From the NCBI RefSeq assembly GCF_009914755.1, contig NC_060934.1: 64,000 nucleotides of DNA, one strand, 5' to 3'. Position numbers and translations under genes: made by a program. This document shows positions 61,516 through 64,000 of the stretch, in pieces. Source of the DNA: the human T2T-CHM13v2.0 reference genome, Homo sapiens. The notes beneath the pieces are model-generated. The model searched no databases. It was not told where the DNA came from and worked only from the letters and a program-made list of their open reading frames with translations. Positions within the stretch are counted from its first letter, which is position 1. Every line of letters begins with the position of its first letter.

Positions 61516-62593
61516 GACAAATGGGATCTAGTTAAACTAAAGAGCTTCTGCACAGCAAAAGAAACTACCGTCAGAGTGAACAGGCAACCTACAGAATGGG
61601 AGAAAAATTTTACAATCTACCTGTGCGGTGGCTCATACTTGTAATCCCAGTACATTGGGAAGCCAAAGCAACGACCAGCCTGACAAAGGGCTGATATCCA
61701 GAATCTACAAAGAACTTAAACAGATTTACAAGAAAAAAACCCCATCAAAAAGTGGGCGAAGGACATGAACAGACACTTCTCACAGTAAGACATTTATGCA
61801 GCCAACAGACACATGAAAAAATGCTCATCATCACTGGCCATCAGAGAAATGCAAATCAAAACCACAATGAGATACCATCTCACACCAGTTAGAATGACGA
61901 TCATTAAAAAGTCAGGAAACAACAGGTGCTGGAGAGGATGTGGAGAAATAGGAACACTTTTACACTGTTGGTGGGACTGTAAACTAGTGCAACCATTGTG
62001 GAAGTCAGTGTGGCGATTCCTCAGGGATCTAGAACTAGAATTACCATTTGACCCAGCCATCCCATTACTGGGTATATACCCAAAGGACTATAAATCATGC
62101 TGCTATAAAGACACATGCACACGTATGTTTACTGCAGCACTATTCACAATAGCAAAGACTTGGAACCAACCCAAATGTCCATCAATGATAGACTGGATTA
62201 AGAAAATGTGGCACATATACACCATGGAATACTATGCAGCCATAAAAAATAGGATGAGTTCATGTCCTTTGTAGGGACATGGATGAAGCTGGAAACCATC
62301 ATTCTCAGCAAACTATCACAAGGACAGAAAACCAAACACCACATGTTCTCACTCATAGGTGGGAATTAAACGATGAGAACACTTGGACACAGGAAGGGGA
62401 ACATCACACACTGGGGCCTGTCATGGGATGCGGGGAGGGATAGCATTAGGAGATATACCTAATGTAAATGACGAGTTAATGGGTGCAGCACACCAACATG
62501 GCACATGTATACATGTGTAACAAACCTGCACGTTGTGCACATGTACCCTAGAACTTAAAGTATAATGTAAAAAATAAAGATAAAAGGTAAAAA
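61516..62593 (+). mobile_element. 5'-truncated L1PA (end of ORF2 + 3'UTR), inserted into an older L1
   Basis: ORF 61813-62274 is the L1 ORF2p C-terminus ([10 protein letters not shown]...[16 protein letters not shown]); canonical 3'UTR end CCCTAGAACTTAAAGTATAAT plus A-rich tail; TSD AAGAACTT at 61508-61515 and 62594-62601. Confidence 0.95.
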
Positions 62594-62601
62594 AAGAACT
62601 T

Positions 62602-62960
62602 TCATATATTGCTGGTGGTAACATAAAGTGGTACAGCCATTTTGAAGAACTGATTGCAAGTTTTTCGTGAAGGTAAACACGTGATCCAATAATTCTCTCA
62701 AGTATTTCTCAAGATAAATGAAAACATATATCCATAAAATGACGTTTACAGATTTACCTTATTCATAATGGCCAAAAGTCTAAAATAACACAAATGTCAA
62801 TGAACAAGAGAATGGATAAACAAATTACAGTATATTCATATAATAGAATTCAGCAATAAAAGAAATGAACTACTGATACACGTAACAACATGGATGAATT
62901 TCATAAACATTAGGTAAAAGCCATACACAAAAGAATACATACTATATAACTCCACTTATA
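62602..62960 (+). mobile_element. Old L1M 3' fragment (continuation of about 61465-61515)
   Basis: Diverged L1M 3' motifs (attgctggtgg..aaagtggtacagcc, aagaatggataaacaaatt, acaacatggatgaat). Confidence 0.7.
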
Positions 62961-62961
62961 T

Positions 62962-63508
<547 letters not shown>

Positions 63509-63639
63509 TAGTTGAAGCAAAATGAAGCATGTAAATGGAGGTACAAACTGCAGCAGAGGGAAGCCCAGTCCCTGAAAGGCACAAAGTAAGAACTGAGCAG
63601 AGGGAGATAACTGTGACCGGACATATGACAAATGTTTTT

Positions 63640-63765
63640 TAAAAAATAGAGACAGGGACTGGCTATGTTGCCCAGGCTGGTCATTAACTCCTGGGCTCAA
63701 GAGATCCTCTTGCTTTGGCTTCCCAATGTACTGGGATTACAAGTATGTGCCACCGCACAGGCCCC
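63640..63765 (-). mobile_element. Alu monomer (FLAM-like)
   Basis: Antisense left-arm consensus. Confidence 0.75.
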
Positions 63766-64000
63766 AATGACACATAAAGGGAAAGAGGAGGGCCCTGGAA
63801 TTGTCTACCAGACCAGCTGGTCTACTAAGAGAAAAGGAGATAGAAAATGTGAACTTGATGGAGAGTTAGAAATGTTACCAGATCAAGTGGTTTCTTTGCC
63901 TTTCACATGAAAAAAGGAAAGGTTTCTCACAGCTTCTCAACTTCAAACCCTTTAATAGAAGTGACTTCCTGGACTGAGTCGTTGAAAGCTTCCAGAAGGG

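Overview
Human-type genomic DNA (Alu-rich and VNTR-rich; gene content matches the PPP2R2D-BNIP3 locus, which I recall lies at distal 10q26). The + strand carries the last seven coding exons of PPP2R2D (PP2A regulatory subunit B55-delta), including a U12-type minor intron (18012-19160). Its 3' region has three AATAAA sites, and the distal one would place a 2.6 kb 37-bp VNTR inside the 3'UTR. The - strand carries the complete six-exon BNIP3 gene (585 nt CDS = 194 aa, plus an in-frame upstream ATG) with a CpG-island promoter containing HRE, NRF1, CCAAT and GC-box motifs. The rest comprises about 25 Alu/FLAM copies, L1 fragments, an internally deleted ERV1 (gag-pro-pol-env remnants), LTR fragments and six tandem repeats. 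I found no demonstrably new biological system. The best leads are: (i) the 3'UTR VNTR carries roughly 55 copies of an 8mer seed match to the miR-140-3p +1 isomiR; (ii) an intronic 69-bp VNTR carries 10 paired E2F + UPRE/HRE motifs; (iii) a 46-bp inverted templated insertion is flanked by a 27-bp duplication; (iv) a diverged copy of BNIP3 exon 2 sits 1 kb away in intron 1. Repeat boundaries and subfamilies were judged by eye.
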